Origin: Camelus dromedarius
Taxonomy: Eukaryota
Reading direction: 5' to 3'
NCBI RefSeq assembly: GCF_036321535.1
Contig: NC_087437.1
Location: 30,816,001 to 30,880,000 of the forward strand
Length of the DNA: 64,000 nucleotides
In this document: piece after piece, positions 1 to 13,473 of the stretch
How positions within the stretch are numbered: position 1 is the first letter of the stretch
Layout of the letters: the number at the start of each line of letters is the position of its first letter
The notes under the pieces: model-generated
What the model was told of the DNA's origin: nothing
Database searches by the model: none
What the model saw: only the letters and a program-made list of their open reading frames with translations
Translations under genes and position numbers: made by a program

Positions 1-347
1 TGTTTGTGTCTCCCCCAAATTTTCTGCTGAAATTCTAACCCTCCATGCTGGTATTAGGTCTTTGGGAGGTAATTAGGTTTAGAGAAGATCATGAGTGTGG
101 AATTCCCATAATGGGATTGTCTTTAAAAGAAGAGGAAGCAAGACCAGAGCTTCCTCTCTCCCTGCCTTGTGAGCGCACAGAGAGAAGGTGGCAGTCTGCA
201 AACCAAGAAGAGGGCTCTCAGCAGGAAATGAATCTGGTAGCATCTTGATCTTAGATTTCCCAGCCTCCAAAATTGTGAGAAATAAATGTCTCTTGATTAA
301 GCCACCCAGTCTATGGTAATTTGTCATAGCAGCCTGAGATAACTAAA
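1..347 (+). mobile_element. MaLR LTR (MLT1A-like), truncated by the window start
   Basis: Typical motifs: TTGATCTTAGATTTCCCAGCCTCC...GTGAGAAATAAAT...AAGCCACCCAGTCTATGGTAATTTGTCATAGCAGCC. Confidence 0.85.
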
Positions 348-559
348 ACCTTATATACTCGAGGATCAGGAGGTGAGGTCAAAACGTCCTTGCTCCCTAA
401 AGTATTACCCTCCCCCCACCCTCTTCAGGACTGAGGAGTGATCAAGGCTGTCATCCTGTGATCTCCAGGTCAATCTCCTATTCACTGAAGACTTTAGCAT
501 CTGACTTAATGCGTTTCTCTTCACCTCAGTTCCCTCCATTCTCATCTCTCAGGTGGTTG

Positions 560-1480
560 GCTGTTTCATGCCAGTGACTTTTCCCTCTACCCTACGTCAG
601 CCATCCACTCCCACGATTACACCCTGGATCTTGTCTTCATCAGAAATTACAACATCTGCAATCACAGCCCTAACACCTCACCCTCCCACCACAACCTCCT
701 GTTCTTCTGGTTAACTTGTGAAAATATCTCATAGCAATGATTCTTTGAGCTCATTAAGATGACCAATCCACTCAGTCACCATGTCCTACTCATCAGTCCC
801 CTCTGTCTTCAGCAGCCATCTTACCCAGCTTAGACTCTGTGATTTAGCATTATAATCATTTCCTTGAAAATAGGCTCAACTCCAGTCCCCCTCTGCTTCC
901 TCTGCACTTGTCTGGCAAAACCCCCACACCGAGTTACACCTAACCTTCACCAAACACTTGGAGCTCAGTATGGGGAGATCTTTAGATTTTTTTTCAAGAG
1001 AAGCTTCAAATCTAAACATCTATGTGAAATCATCCTATTTTGAAATTAAAATTAAGTGTTGGTGACACACTGTGCTGGGCATAGAATATGCCTTGAGGCA
1101 GAGATCACAGATTTCAGTTTATTATTTCTGTTTTAATGGCTTTCCATTATGTTTCAAGTAGTGTCAGAGCTCCTTGGCTCACAGACAAGTTGCTGCATAA
1201 TCAAGGCCCTGTCTATCTTTTCTTTCTTACTTCCTACTTCACTCATTGTGCCTCAGAACACACTCAGCACCCTGACCTTCTCTGTCTGCACACAACCAAG
1301 TTCATTCCTGCCTTAGAGCTTTTGCACTTACTGCTCCCTCTGCCTAGAATGCCCTGATCCCTCTTCCCTTTTCCCCTGCCCACCCCATCACCACCACCAA
1401 GCCGGCTCCTTACCCTGGAGGTCTCAGCTTAAATATCACATCCACAAAGAGGTCTTTTCTAAACACTATCTCAAGTAGGT
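560..1480. mobile_element. Old L2 LINE fragments
   Basis: L2-like text such as CACCCTGGATCTTGTC and TTTGCACTTACTGCTCCCTCTGCCTAGAATGC...GTCTCAGCTTAAATATCAC. Confidence 0.6.
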
Positions 1481-1525
1481 CCAAACCACACAAAACATAA
1501 AATTTAATTTGTACTTTGATGAACT

Positions 1526-2123
1526 TGTTGCCAGCAATTAGGTTCTTGTCGCAGAAAGAATTCAGAGATGAGACTCAGAGGTCAAGAAAGTAAAATGGGG
1601 ATTTATTAAGGGATAGGTAGTATGTTTTCAAGGGGAGAGTGGGCAGGCTCAGGTGAGCAGCTGCCCTGAGTTTCTTTGGCAACAGAGAGTATAACAATGA
1701 ATGGGCAGAGTATCCACTGGGAAGGGAAGGGTTTGGGGTAATACTCCCTGCTTTTCATCCCAACTCCACCTTCCCTGGGGAAGGAGGGATCTTTGTCCTA
1801 TTTAGTCTGGATCAGAAGTGTCATGGTGTTGGTGCATGATGGGTACTTCTAATCTGCAAGGCTAACTTTATTGTAATAAGGTCATAATGAACAAAAGGTT
1901 ATACTCAGACACTGGAGATTCCTGCCTTTTCCCACATTTCTTTGTCGGTCTCCAGGCCACTTGTCACCACGAAATGTGTGATCACTTATCAGTCCTGAGG
2001 TTCCTGCTTTTCTCGGTCTGCCCAAGGACCCGTGTTGTTCACATGATGTAGGGTTTCCTGTCATTTGGCACGTGCCCTGCTTTCTCCGCTCATATATAGC
2101 TATCTAGCTATCTGCCTGCTTCA
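1526..2123 (-). mobile_element. ERV solo LTR
   Basis: TG...CA termini (minus strand TGAAGCAGG...GGCAACA), with AATAAA about 80 nt from the 3' end. Confidence 0.7.
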
Positions 2124-2256
2124 ATAAACCAACAGTTAGGCTTTCCTTTTTATTCCCCTCCTTCCCCACTAGCCTGCAGGTCAGGGACTGTGTCTCTTTA
2201 CTATGTCTGTGTCTGTGAATGCATGGCCAGTGCTGAGCATATTTCCTCATACACAG

Positions 2257-2814
2257 TGAAACAGAGCAGGATCCTGTGGGGGCCTCCCTGGTACAAATCC
2301 TGTCCCTGTCCTCTGTTTCTTGTTTGTAGGAAATAGGCTTCCTTCAGCCTCCTTGACCTTCCCCGAGTTCCAAAGGGCAGATTCAAAACAGATTGCTAAT
2401 CAGGGAAGGGAGGGAATGGAGAGCCCAGGGAGGAACAGTCAAGAAACAATAGTGCAGCCTTGGGGCAGGGTCCATGGTTCCTCCTCAAGGAATATACATA
2501 ACAGTACCTTTGAGTTCTTCTGCAGGAACTAAGGCCCCCACCCAGGAGGAGAATGGCAACCTCAGGCTGAGCACAAGGGTGAGCACCGCCCTGTTACCTC
2601 ACCACCCTCACCACCGACCCTCAGAGGAAATGCACACACCCTGCAGCCCTCACCCCAGGTTGCCTATAAAAACTCTTCCCGCTAAACCATCAAGGAGTTT
2701 GGGTTTTTCAAGCATGAGCTGCCCGTCCTTTCTTGGCCCTGCAATAAACATTTCTCTGCTCCGGTTTGTTTGGCTTCACTGTGCATTGGGCACACGGACT
2801 CTTGTTTGGTAATA
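2257..2814 (+). mobile_element. ERV1-type LTR
   Basis: Starts TGAAACAGAGCAGG, with TATAAAA near 2665 and AATAAA near 2743. Clearly homologous to 45900-46504. Confidence 0.8.
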
Positions 2815-2865
2815 GGATCAGAAGTTCATTAATCCCTATGAGTATTATTATTAACCTATCTCTAG

Positions 2866-3279
2866 TGAAGGAGTATAAAGCAAACTAACAGACTGACTTC
2901 CCAGATGTGAAACTGTTTGCTGATTCATTCTTTAATGAATTTGCTATTTCATTCTTTCACTTGAACCTAGAGGCTGTGCCCCAGGAAGGAGGCTGATAAT
3001 CTCAGAAGAATGGACAGACCCTCCTAAAGATTGAGGTTAAGAGGAATGTAGCACCCTCTAAAACGCCCTGATTGTTATCACCTTTTCTGTTCCATCCAGT
3101 TTTTCTACAAAACCTCAAGACCCCAACCCCAAGATGGGCTCACAGTCTTTCAGGCATTAGCCTGCAGTGACTCCCTTTGCTGGGCAAAGCAATAAAGCTG
3201 CTCTTTTCTTTGCTCACAGAACTCTGTCTCCGAGTTTGAATTCACTTTTTGGGGTGCAGAGGCTGATTTTTTGGCAACA
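2866..3279 (+). mobile_element. ERV1-type solo LTR with 4-bp TSD
   Basis: TGAAGG...GGCAACA, AATAAA near 3191, flanked by CTAG at 2862-2865 and 3280-3283. Confidence 0.8.
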
Positions 3280-3440
3280 CTAGCAACTCAATTTCTGTCT
3301 CATTGTGTATTTACTCTACTTAATACCAACACATCTCCCCAACACAACCTCCTAAAAACTATAATTGGTGCAAGTGTTATCATCCTTATCGAAAGTTTTT
3401 CATGCCAAGACACCTAAGAGACAGACTGATGGCTGGTCTA

Positions 3441-3530
3441 CACTTCCCCTTTTTTTGTTTTCTTGTTAGTAGAGGTACTAGGGATTGAACCCAGGATTGA
3501 ACTCTACCACTAAGCTATACCCTACCTCCC
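3441..3530 (-). mobile_element. Vic-1-like tRNA-derived SINE, internally deleted
   Basis: A/B-box remnants; 17-nt TSD GACTGAT(G/A)GCTGGTCTA at 3424-3440 and 3531-3547. Confidence 0.8.
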
Positions 3531-5820
3531 GACTGATAGCTGGTCTATAAAGTCAGCTTTCAGTCAGAGGCTCCCGTCTCTAGCACAATCAGCTGGAGTC
3601 TGTATGACAAGGTCAAGTGGTCAAAAACATAGCCACTTAAACTTAAGGGAAAAGCTTGATTTCCTTTGTTAAGCCTGGGGCTCTAAGTAAAGCTTTTGCC
3701 CTCAGAAGGGGATGTGGGAAGCATACAAGAGATAAAACCTCCTCTCCAGAGCATTCTCCTCAACAAAATTGCTCTGCCACCTCAATTTTTTCATTGCCCT
3801 TTCTTTGCTCAGTAAATTATGAACCTCTACAGGAGAAAGACGTGTCAAGAAATTTTTATTCTTTCCACAGTGTACCTTTTGCAGAAAAGATAATCAATAA
3901 GTTTGTTGAATCAAAGTAAAAACCAAAATAAGAATCAAAGACTATAACCAACATAAAAAGGAGTGTGTGGATATATTTCTGTGTTGTCACCTGTAATCTT
4001 TATATTATTACATTCAAGACTTAACTATTCTTACAGCATTTTCCTATTTATAGTCCATTGTTCTGCCATTCCACTCTATCATGTAGTAAGCCTAATTTAG
4101 AAAACTGGATAGTAAAACTCAAGTGTTTGCCTCCTGGGGTTATCACTGCAGTACTTAGCTCTTATTAAATTTACATGCACTGTTTACTTTTACTTCAAGG
4201 TGTTAGTCTGGCAGTTAAATCTATGTAAGGAATTTCTGGCAGATCATAGCAAATTATATACAGACAAAATCTTTACTATATTAATATATATCCCTTAGTT
4301 TAGCCTTTGTGTTAGGACCATACTTATCGTGTGTGCTCTTTTGTTGGCCAAGAATAGAGATTTGCTTTGTCTATTTCAAATAAAAGAGGTCCTCCCAGTG
4401 TAAATGCTTGGAGTAGAAATAAGAGAGAAAGGAATCTCACAAAATTATTCTACTAGGAATCTCAGACACTGGAAAATGACCCCAGTGAAGCTTCAGGAAT
4501 CACATCGGTGGGGATTTATGACCCTTCAGGCTAATGCTTCACTATCAACATAATCTTACTTCTCTGTTCTTCCATTTACACTTTCTTTCCTTCTTTCTTT
4601 CCCATTACAAAATTGACTTCCTGACCCTCTTCTCTATCACTGGGGTGACCATACAATTTAAGATCAAAACCAGGACAGTTTTCAGTATAAAAAAAATGCT
4701 AGTAATAATTTTGCTAGGACCACAAGTATAAACTTGTATTGTTGTAGAAACACAGGAAATTCAGTAACTGTTATCTACGTCATAGTTTATGCCAAACTAT
4801 AGTTTCTGCATCCTTGAAATTTCAGCTTAATCGGTACAGCAAAAATCCCTGGGGCTTCTGAGTGGACAGTCTCCACTCACTGCCTCCAGGCCAGTAACAA
4901 GGCCAGTCTCAGAACAATATGAGCAGAAATACACCAAACCTGCCAAGGTAGGAAATATCTTATTCACAGAGAAAATTAGAGAACCATGCTTTAGCAGGTT
5001 CCCAGCAGGACCTGGGAAAACACTCGTGAGAGTGAATCTTGTTGAACTAGGGAAGCAGAATACAAGGCCAGTGGGGCATCCTGGGAAGGACACCTAGAGC
5101 CAACTGTACTACGTAAGAGGGATGATTCCTTAAATCAAGGACACGACGGCAGCCTACATTAATCAAGGGGAGATGCTAGACTGCCTTGGCAGAGTACTAA
5201 AGATTGGATTGTTAAAAAAAAAAAAAAAAAAAGGACTGGAATGCAAGAATGGGGTTACTACTCAAAACCAGAGAAATCACTATCTGAATATATTTTCTGG
5301 ATACTACTTTCACTTGGAGGAAAAATGAATGTTTAACATCAGTAGCCACCAGGGAAACACAAATTAAACTACAATGAGAGTTTGTTCTCCAAAATTACAC
5401 GCATTCAAATACTGTGTGTGCACATGGGTGAATGTATGTACATGCGAGAAGTGCATTAAACACAAAGAACAACTGGGAAACTATTCCAGATTGAAGTAAG
5501 CTATTATTCTTACATCCTATTATGTTTTCTTGAGTGGAAAATAGACAGTAAAACTGCTGTTCCTTCTGGCATTAGAAATAACACTGCATATGCTCTTAGG
5601 AATGAATGTCCCATTGTGTTTCATCAATGAAGAAATATCTTTGAGATCTAATGCCCTAGAATCTCTGTGTCCCATAACTTTGTCCCACATCTGCAGGGCC
5701 AAGTAGCCATGGCTGAAGTCCTCTACCACTGCTAAGACTTCTCACTTCACAGTCAAAGAACTGCTGGGAAAGTCAGAAAACTAGACTGACTAGCCCCACT
5801 TAGAAGTTATGCTATCTAAA

Positions 5821-6276
5821 TGAGACAGGCTGGGGCCTGGTACCCTTTGTTGATGTGCTTGACCTGGGCAAACATCTTGAGCAACAGAATACAAAGCAAC
5901 TATAAGGGAGTAAAAATAACTGGGTACACAGAGCAGTTGCTGCAAATTATGAACAAGATACAAAAAGACCAAAAACCCAACTGCCACTTCTGAGGTGTTG
6001 GGAGCAAAAGCAGGGCACTGCGCATGATCCCTGCACAGGGCACCACCAAGGAGGCGGGATTACCACCTAAGCCATCAGCCTGGCCCCATCCATGGATCTG
6101 CCCCTACCTTCACCCCATTTACGGGACCACCTCTCCCGGACTTAGGGAGCCAGCAAGGGAACCTGTTACTTGTTTTTGCCTCCTCGTACTGCAGCACAAG
6201 TTCCAATAAAACTTGGCCTGAATTTCTCCTCTGATATCTTATTAATTAAGAAGTGCAAGAAACCTGACCAGTAACA
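5821..6276 (+). mobile_element. ERV solo LTR
   Basis: TGAGACAGG...GTAACA termini with AATAAA near 6205. Confidence 0.7.
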
Positions 6277-6774
6277 AACTCTAAACTTAGCCTTGATTCA
6301 TTTGAATGCTTACCATTTATCTGTATCCCAAACCTTTTCTGTCTTTTCAGTTCAATTTTCTCACCCTTCAGTTTCTTTTTGACCTTTTATTTACTCATAT
6401 TAAAATACGTGGCAAATTAATTTCAACTTTTCTCTCCTCTCCTCCATCAACAGACTCTTAATTTTCTCTCATATTCTTCTTTTCTCCAGTTTCAGAGGGT
6501 ATGTCTCTTCTGGCTAAAACTCTTATCCCTGCCAAATAATTATCTTCATTAAAGGTCACTTTTAAGGGGAAAGTATTTAAAGAATAGGAGATGGCATGAA
6601 CCAAGAGACATAAATAGGAAATTGCAATATTGGTTCAAGAATTAGCTCCAACTATTTCTTGAGGAATTTTGTCATCACTTGAGAGTCAACAGAGATGATG
6701 CAAAAGATTCAGGATAGAATAATGCTGAGCTGTGAGGTGGGCTGGGTGAGTTGGTTTGGGGGCTACAGCTTTGG

Positions 6775-6990
6775 CAGTTAAGTGATTAAGAGTATGAACT
6801 TGAACTGGATTACCATAGTTGTAATCTGACTGCTACCTCCTAGCAGTCTGACTAGGACAAATCACTTACCTTCTCCATGTCTCTATTTGCTCTTGTGTAA
6901 AATAGGAATTACAATAATGCCTACCTTTTAAAATTATGGATTCTCATAAAGATTAAATAAGCTGTGATCTTGGGGATATGAGAGTGAATG
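6775..6990 (+). mobile_element. MIR SINE (other MIR-like pieces at about 24890-25060, 27570-27770 and 47490-47640)
   Basis: GACAAATCACTTACCTTCTC...TGTAAAATAGGAATTACAATAATGCCTACC...GATTAAATAA resembles the MIR core. Confidence 0.7.
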
Positions 6991-8367
6991 AAAACCCACT
7001 GCTAATTTTAGAGAAGAATACCCATGGGGCTTGCCTTGAATTTGGAGTGAGTACACAGTGTTCTTGAAATCTGGAATTATTTTACTGTGGCTGGTATGTA
7101 GATTAGGGAATGTATTGGAATATGTGATAAGATCACGAAGATTATTGATTCTATCACTTGGGGGAAGCAATTTATTCTAAAGAAAGGAGTTCAAAATTTC
7201 TGATTGCACTTTGGAAGAACCCTATAATATTTGTAGCGAGGAATATAGACATGAGTTAGAAGAACTGAGAGTAAGGAAGAAACATCATAAGACTACTGCA
7301 CAATCCTAGACTGACAGACAATTAAGAATCTCAAAAATACTTTGATATTCACCATAAGGAGTATGAGTGTTAACAAAATTCCAACTCTTAACTTTTGTTC
7401 TTATTTTTATCAGGACTGAAATAATGAAGAGTGTACCAATAGTTTTTTTTTTTTCCCAACAGCAGTAAATGTTAATTTTAATAAAGAAAACTATTATCCT
7501 CATCTTGCCTTCTCCAGAACTTTGTCCTACAAATTGCCCCCTTTCTCCTTTGCACCCACGCTGGGCTCATTTCCCCAGCTCACTCACTGAACTCAAAAGC
7601 ATGCTGTCTCAACTGCTTAGGATAAAAAGTGTTTGAAGCAAGTCCCTATTCACACTCCTACCACCACCTTCTGATTAAAACTGCCTTCTCTTTCAAAGCT
7701 GTTCCACCAACCACATTTTCTCCATCATCTGCACTCAAAGGTTCATGTCCTTGCTTCCTATAGCATACAACTGTCCTTTCAATTCACCTTCACAGTGTCT
7801 GGAATACATTTCCTCTTTTCCTTTTTCAATGCTACTATTCTAGTTTAGACCCTGTTTACTCTGAAGGCCTTTAACTGATCTCTCCTTCAGTTTCATTTTA
7901 TTAGACATTAGCAAAAAAAAAAAGCAGTCACTAATAAATCAATGTTTATTATCTGCAAAATCTTATCTTTTGCATTCACTGACTATATATACATTATGAT
8001 CTATGTATGTCATTCTCTTAGTGTGGGCAGTATCTGATCAGCAGTTAAAATCTTTTGAAGACCAGAAAGAAATAAATTTTTTTAAAAACCTCTACTTTCT
8101 CTTTTGTCAGAAGTTATTAACCTAATAAAACAAAAATGTTTTTAAAACCATAAAACATAAATTTTGAAATGGTTTCACCATTTCTTTTTTCCTTTTTTAA
8201 CCCAGAGTTTATTGTTAATGCTTTTGTAGTAATTTTCATTCCCTGATTTACAGGATCTGATTTCTTCACATAAACCTTCCAATTTTGCTCCAACTTAATC
8301 TCACTACTGAAATACTATTATTTATAATTTTCTCTACCCACAGAAGTGGACTTTTTTATTATCACCT

Positions 8368-8835
8368 TGTGAAGGAAAAATACTGCAAACCGTATCAGTA
8401 AACAAAGAACGCTGAAGCCATCAAGTCAACAGCAGCTGCTGCCACCCCTCAGGGAAGACAAGCCTGCAGCGCAGCCTCTGCAGCCACTCACAGTGGTGCA
8501 CTCAGAGGGGACTCAGAATAAGAAAGGACAGGATACTGGCCCTAGATAGCTAGGTGCTTGTCAAAGGAATGAATTCAATGAGCCCAAATGTTTGCTTCCT
8601 CCCATACATAATTCTTTAACTTGAGATGCCTGGTTTTCTTTAGATAAAAGTAACCTTTTATTATTCCAACTATCTGGTCTTTGTTGTAAAGCTCCTATAT
8701 ACCCTAGCTCCTCCCCTACCTCTTCGGAGCAGTCCCTCAGAGAAATCGATAGGCTGTCATCCCGGCTTGAGTTCTCCCTCCAAATAAAACATAACTCATC
8801 CTAACTTTAAGCCTGCACATTTATTTCAGTCGACA
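8368..8835 (+). mobile_element. ERV1-type solo LTR with 4-bp TSD
   Basis: TGTGAAGG...TTTCAGTCGACA, TATATA near 8696, AATAAA near 8783, flanked by ACCT at 8364-8367 and 8836-8839. Confidence 0.82.
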
Positions 8836-9520
8836 ACCTTAAACTGAATTACTCGGATAATTTGCCCCATTTAGGCTAGGAGAAAATATAAAAGGAAACA
8901 ATCACTTGAGATAAAACTCTTGCTTCTAAAACCCAGGTTTTAATAATTCCAGGCCTCTGGCCATAATATAACCAAAAAATATGAATTAAACAGAATATAA
9001 ATTCAAGAAATATCAGATAAAACATGTTTGTTAAGTTCTATTTATCCACATTGTACTGAATGTACATACAAAGTTTCTGGAGCAGGGACAGATTTAATAA
9101 TTCCTTTTAATAACCATACTGATTTCCCATACTCTTCAATTTTCAATCCTCACCTGGGGAGTAATCAGTAAGAGCCAGGCTGATGACAGCTTATCAGATA
9201 GATGAGAGCCTACATATACCAGGGTTAGTACTATAGATGAGGAACCTCAAAATATGAATCTGGGGACCTACAGTACAACTGTATGAAGCCCTCCTCTCTT
9301 CCAGAGAAAGGAAGATAAATCTTATCTCCTTAATTTAAATAAATTCTCCTTGGGAAAGATCCTGGGTTCTTACTCTTTGGAATGTAAATACTTGTCTTTA
9401 GGAGGAAGATAAGACGTGTGTGTGTCAATTTACAACCGAGCATGCCTCCAATGGTCTCAGGTCTCACCCTGTCTCCCCGCCCCCACCCCCAACTGGGCAG
9501 AGTGGAGATATAAACAATCG

Positions 9521-9893
9521 TGTTACAGACTGAACTGTGTCTCTCCAAAATACTTATATTGAAGCTCTAATTTTCTATGACTGTATTTAGAGATAGGGCC
9601 TTTTCAGAGGTAATTAAGGTTAAGTGAAGTCACAAGAGTGGGTCCCTTATCCAATGGCACTGGGGTCCTTGTAAGACGAAGAGATACCTGGGATGTGTAT
9701 GCACAGAGGAAGGGTCATGTGAAGACAGCAAGAAGGTGGCAGTTTCCAAAACAAGGAGAGACCTCAGGAGAAACCAAACTTGCTGTCACCTTGATCTTGG
9801 ATTGCCAGGCTCTGTAATTGAGAAAATCAGTTTCCGTTGTTTAGGCCACCCGGTCTACAGCATTTTGTTGTGGCAATCCAAGCACACTAATGT
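9521..9893 (+). mobile_element. MaLR LTR (MLT1B-like)
   Basis: TGTTACAGACTGAACTGTGT...GAGGTAATTAAGGTTAAGTGA...CACCTTGATCTTGGA...GCCACCCGGTCT; related to 1-347. Confidence 0.85.
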
Positions 9894-11811
9894 ACTCTGG
9901 ATGGTTTCTCACTATCTATTCAGCCACAATTTAATTTTGAAGGATTCTCTTTCAGCCCAGGTCCCCAGTTTCAGTAAAATTTGCTCAGAAAGCTCAAACT
10001 GTGCAGAAAAAAAATATTTTATCTACAGTCCCAAACTGTCCTTTAAAGAAATTTTCAAAATTATATCTGCTGAAGAAGCCAATATCCAAACACAAATGTT
10101 TCAAGTGAAATTCTTTGTAATCCCAAACTATCCATACATCATCTTCTCCTGAAAGAAAAGTGTTGTGCCTCCACCTATTTTCCCATTTGCTGAGGTTACT
10201 AATAATACAACCATGAACTGACTTCATAAAAAAAGGGAAAAAAAAAAAGATTTAGTGCTAAGTGTACATGTCTTGAAATTACTGTATTTGTTTTTTTTAA
10301 TTGAATGAAATATTCTTTAAATTCTATAGTGGTTTACAATTTTCAAGTTTCACAATGGTTTCATATAATCCCATCATATTTATAGTTTTTAATTATATAA
10401 CATGAAGCTTATATAATTTTGACATGAATTATTTAACGGTAAATTTCGTTATTACTTTATAAAAATGAAAACAAGAATCTTTCATTAATGTTTTATTTTT
10501 TAGAGATTGATTGTTAAATAATCATTTTATGCATTTAAATAATCCTTTATATAAAAAAATCTAAAGGAATTATTTCAAATATACTCCAAATATTTAAACA
10601 CTGCATAAATATCAAGCTTCAATTAACATATTTTAATAAACAAATGAACATTTCACATATACTAAAACACTTAAATAATAAACTATCAAAGCTATCCTAG
10701 CTCTTCCAAAAGAGCTAATAGATTATTTTGGATTGTCTAATTTTAATTCAAAACTGTACATGGGTGCAATGATTTCATAAAAACCTCAACAATGACACCT
10801 TTCAACATTGAGTAGTTTTTTCAATTTTACACTAACCCTTGCAAAGGTATTATCTGAGGGCAACAATGGATATACTCACTGATATAACCTGACAATGGTA
10901 ATCTATCAATTTATCAAATATGCCAAACTAACTTTTTAAAACATCAAACTTTTGTCCCAATTTCATATTTTCCTAATTTTATAGTTGCATGTAATAAAAA
11001 ATTTCAATTTCATTAACTATAAGGCTATAAAAAATAAGCTTTCCCCAACATTAAAGGTAATTTTGATGAAAAGAATAGGCTTTAATATTAATATCTTCTA
11101 ACAGTAACTGATTTAGTTGTAACCAACATGCTAAAGTTTAGAAACTTATGATAATTCCCTAAGAATTCTACCAGTATCTTATTCATTTCCGTTATGCTAT
11201 TTAATCATTATTCTCCACAGAAATTGTTATAAAAAGTTATGTCTAATTGACAACAGAAAAGTATTAAAATGTAGTAATGCTTTACCTCAATGATCCTCGA
11301 TGACTTCATATGAAGTACGCAATTAACATTGCTGATATTTTAAGATGATCTTTTAAATTACACTTTAAAAAGAGGAACTAAGATTAATCATAAAATTTTC
11401 ATTCTGCTACCTAAAACTATTTTCTCCTGCAAAATGTCTGCCCCCACCATGGTGAGAAAAAAAACAACTAAAAAAATAAACAAACCTCCTTAAAAGCAAC
11501 CTTTATAATCCAATAGTCAAATAAGAGGTTCTCTTCACTTAAAGGAGACAGCATGAGACCTGTACATTAACTATTTTGCCCTGATACAGGACTTGCTTCT
11601 ACCAAAACAGAATCCCAGAAAGGAATACTAGCTCTTCCGGCCCATTCTACCTTGCTAACAATTTAGAGGACTAAAATGAAGACTCTAATAGTAGTTGTGA
11701 CAGGTAGGAAATGGGAAGGCTCTCAGTTTCAAACTAAATAGTGATTACATTAAAAAACTGACACTGTCAAATCAGGCAGAGATTAAACTGAAGTGCAAAA
11801 GAACATGGTCT

Positions 11812-11869
11812 TGACACAACATTGTAAACTGACTATACTTCAATAAAAATATATATGTATATACAAAAA
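11812..11869 (+). mobile_element. Extremely 5'-truncated L1 3' end
   Basis: TGACACAACATTGTAAACTGACTATACTTCAATAAAAA plus A-rich tail; TSD AAAAGAAC(A/T)TGGTCT at 11797-11811 and 11870-11884. Confidence 0.78.
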
Positions 11870-13467
11870 AAAAGAACTTGGTCTATAATAGGTACTTTCA
11901 ATCTTCTATGAGAAAAATCAAATAATCTACCTTATTATCTACCAAAGACATTGGTTAAAAAAAGTCTCAGTAACTACAATGCATTATATCACCTTCTCTT
12001 CTGTAACTAAAATGGCTATCACATATATTAATCTTATTTACTAGGAAATTATTTTTTAAAGCTTATTCTCTTTCTTTAATATTTAAGTAGAATACATTTG
12101 GGAAATCTGCATGAAATGTTCTCAAGAAATTGGTTCTTTGTTTTTAGCAGGGTCTATGTTATATAGTTTTACTCATCCTTTCAAATACATGAAAAGACAT
12201 GATCCCCTCCCAAATACAAAAACAAATCTGGTCTTACATTATATTAAATAATGATCTCAACCATTTAATATAAAAGGTACATTTTAGATTTCTGTTAACA
12301 AAGCAAAATAGGATTAAATGACTAAGATCTGTCTTTTGTGGGGTGTCATTTGCCCTTACATCCTTCTTCTACCAGTAAGGTTTTATCCGCTCTAATCCCT
12401 TCAAGATTCAAGTTCAGTACTACAAAGGCAGAGATTCTCTAGTTTTCATCATAGATTTTCCTTTTAATAAGGGTTTTGCTTTAAACAATTAGTTTCACAA
12501 CTATTATTTCAAATATATGTTTAAAATTCATAGTACAGCTCATATTCAATAAGGCCATGGCTTGTACATTTTTCTGGATCACAGCCTGTTTAATATTTTA
12601 ATAAGAACGCTCTCCAGAAAAACAAATTATTCTCCAGAGTTTTGCAATTAATTCAGGGGTTTCAAGGTCCCACTGACATCTGTTTAGGATAAAAATCCTT
12701 GCCATACAGGGATGAAATCAACAGGTTTAGATTGTAGGTTTAGATTTCAAAGGTTTAATATTTTTTAAAAACAGAGAAACCTATTTTAGATGTTGAACAA
12801 ATTTTTTATGATTGATTAGGCAAAATTAAAATATTCAGAGAGGAGGGAGTTTTTAGTCTTAACTAATCTTACAAGAACTTTTCAAACTCATTTTAGATTT
12901 ATATATGTTGCAACCAATGTGCAGACAGAAATACTGACATAAAGAGATATATGTTTATATCCAATATTAGCCAGTAATGATATGATACATTAACTGGAAA
13001 ATTAATGTTCATACTTGAGGGTAGAGTTTATCAGGATCTATCAGTAAGGAAAAACACTCACACACAAAAATAGCAGTATTCTCTAGTAGATTTATAGCAA
13101 ACAGATCCTCACATTCAGGTAGATCATTTGTAAGACGCCATCAATGATCAGCATACACAACACTGATATTAACACATCACTTTTGGTATGTATTACAAGC
13201 ATGTACCCAAGTAACCAAATGCCTATAATTCAAAATAATTATTCATTTCTAGGGCAAAAGCAATACATGGCTTTCACTTTACAGTTAAGGCTTAAAATAT
13301 GTTTTAAAGCTTCAGGTCATTAATGATTTGTTGTCTTAAGTATGTTTGAAAGTATGTATAATTTGCAATAATGTGGGGAAAAATAAAGTTAATTATGGCA
13401 ATGTGAGCTTCTTAATCCAAAAATTAAACATCAAAATACATGTCATATATGAGTTAAGTGGGTTTTC

Positions 13468-13473
13468 TTTATT
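13468..13473 (-). terminator. Candidate SLC33A1 polyadenylation signal
   Basis: AATAAA on the minus strand about 1.65 kb after the stop, followed by U/GU-rich sequence. Another AATAAA lies at 14262-14267. Confidence 0.4.
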
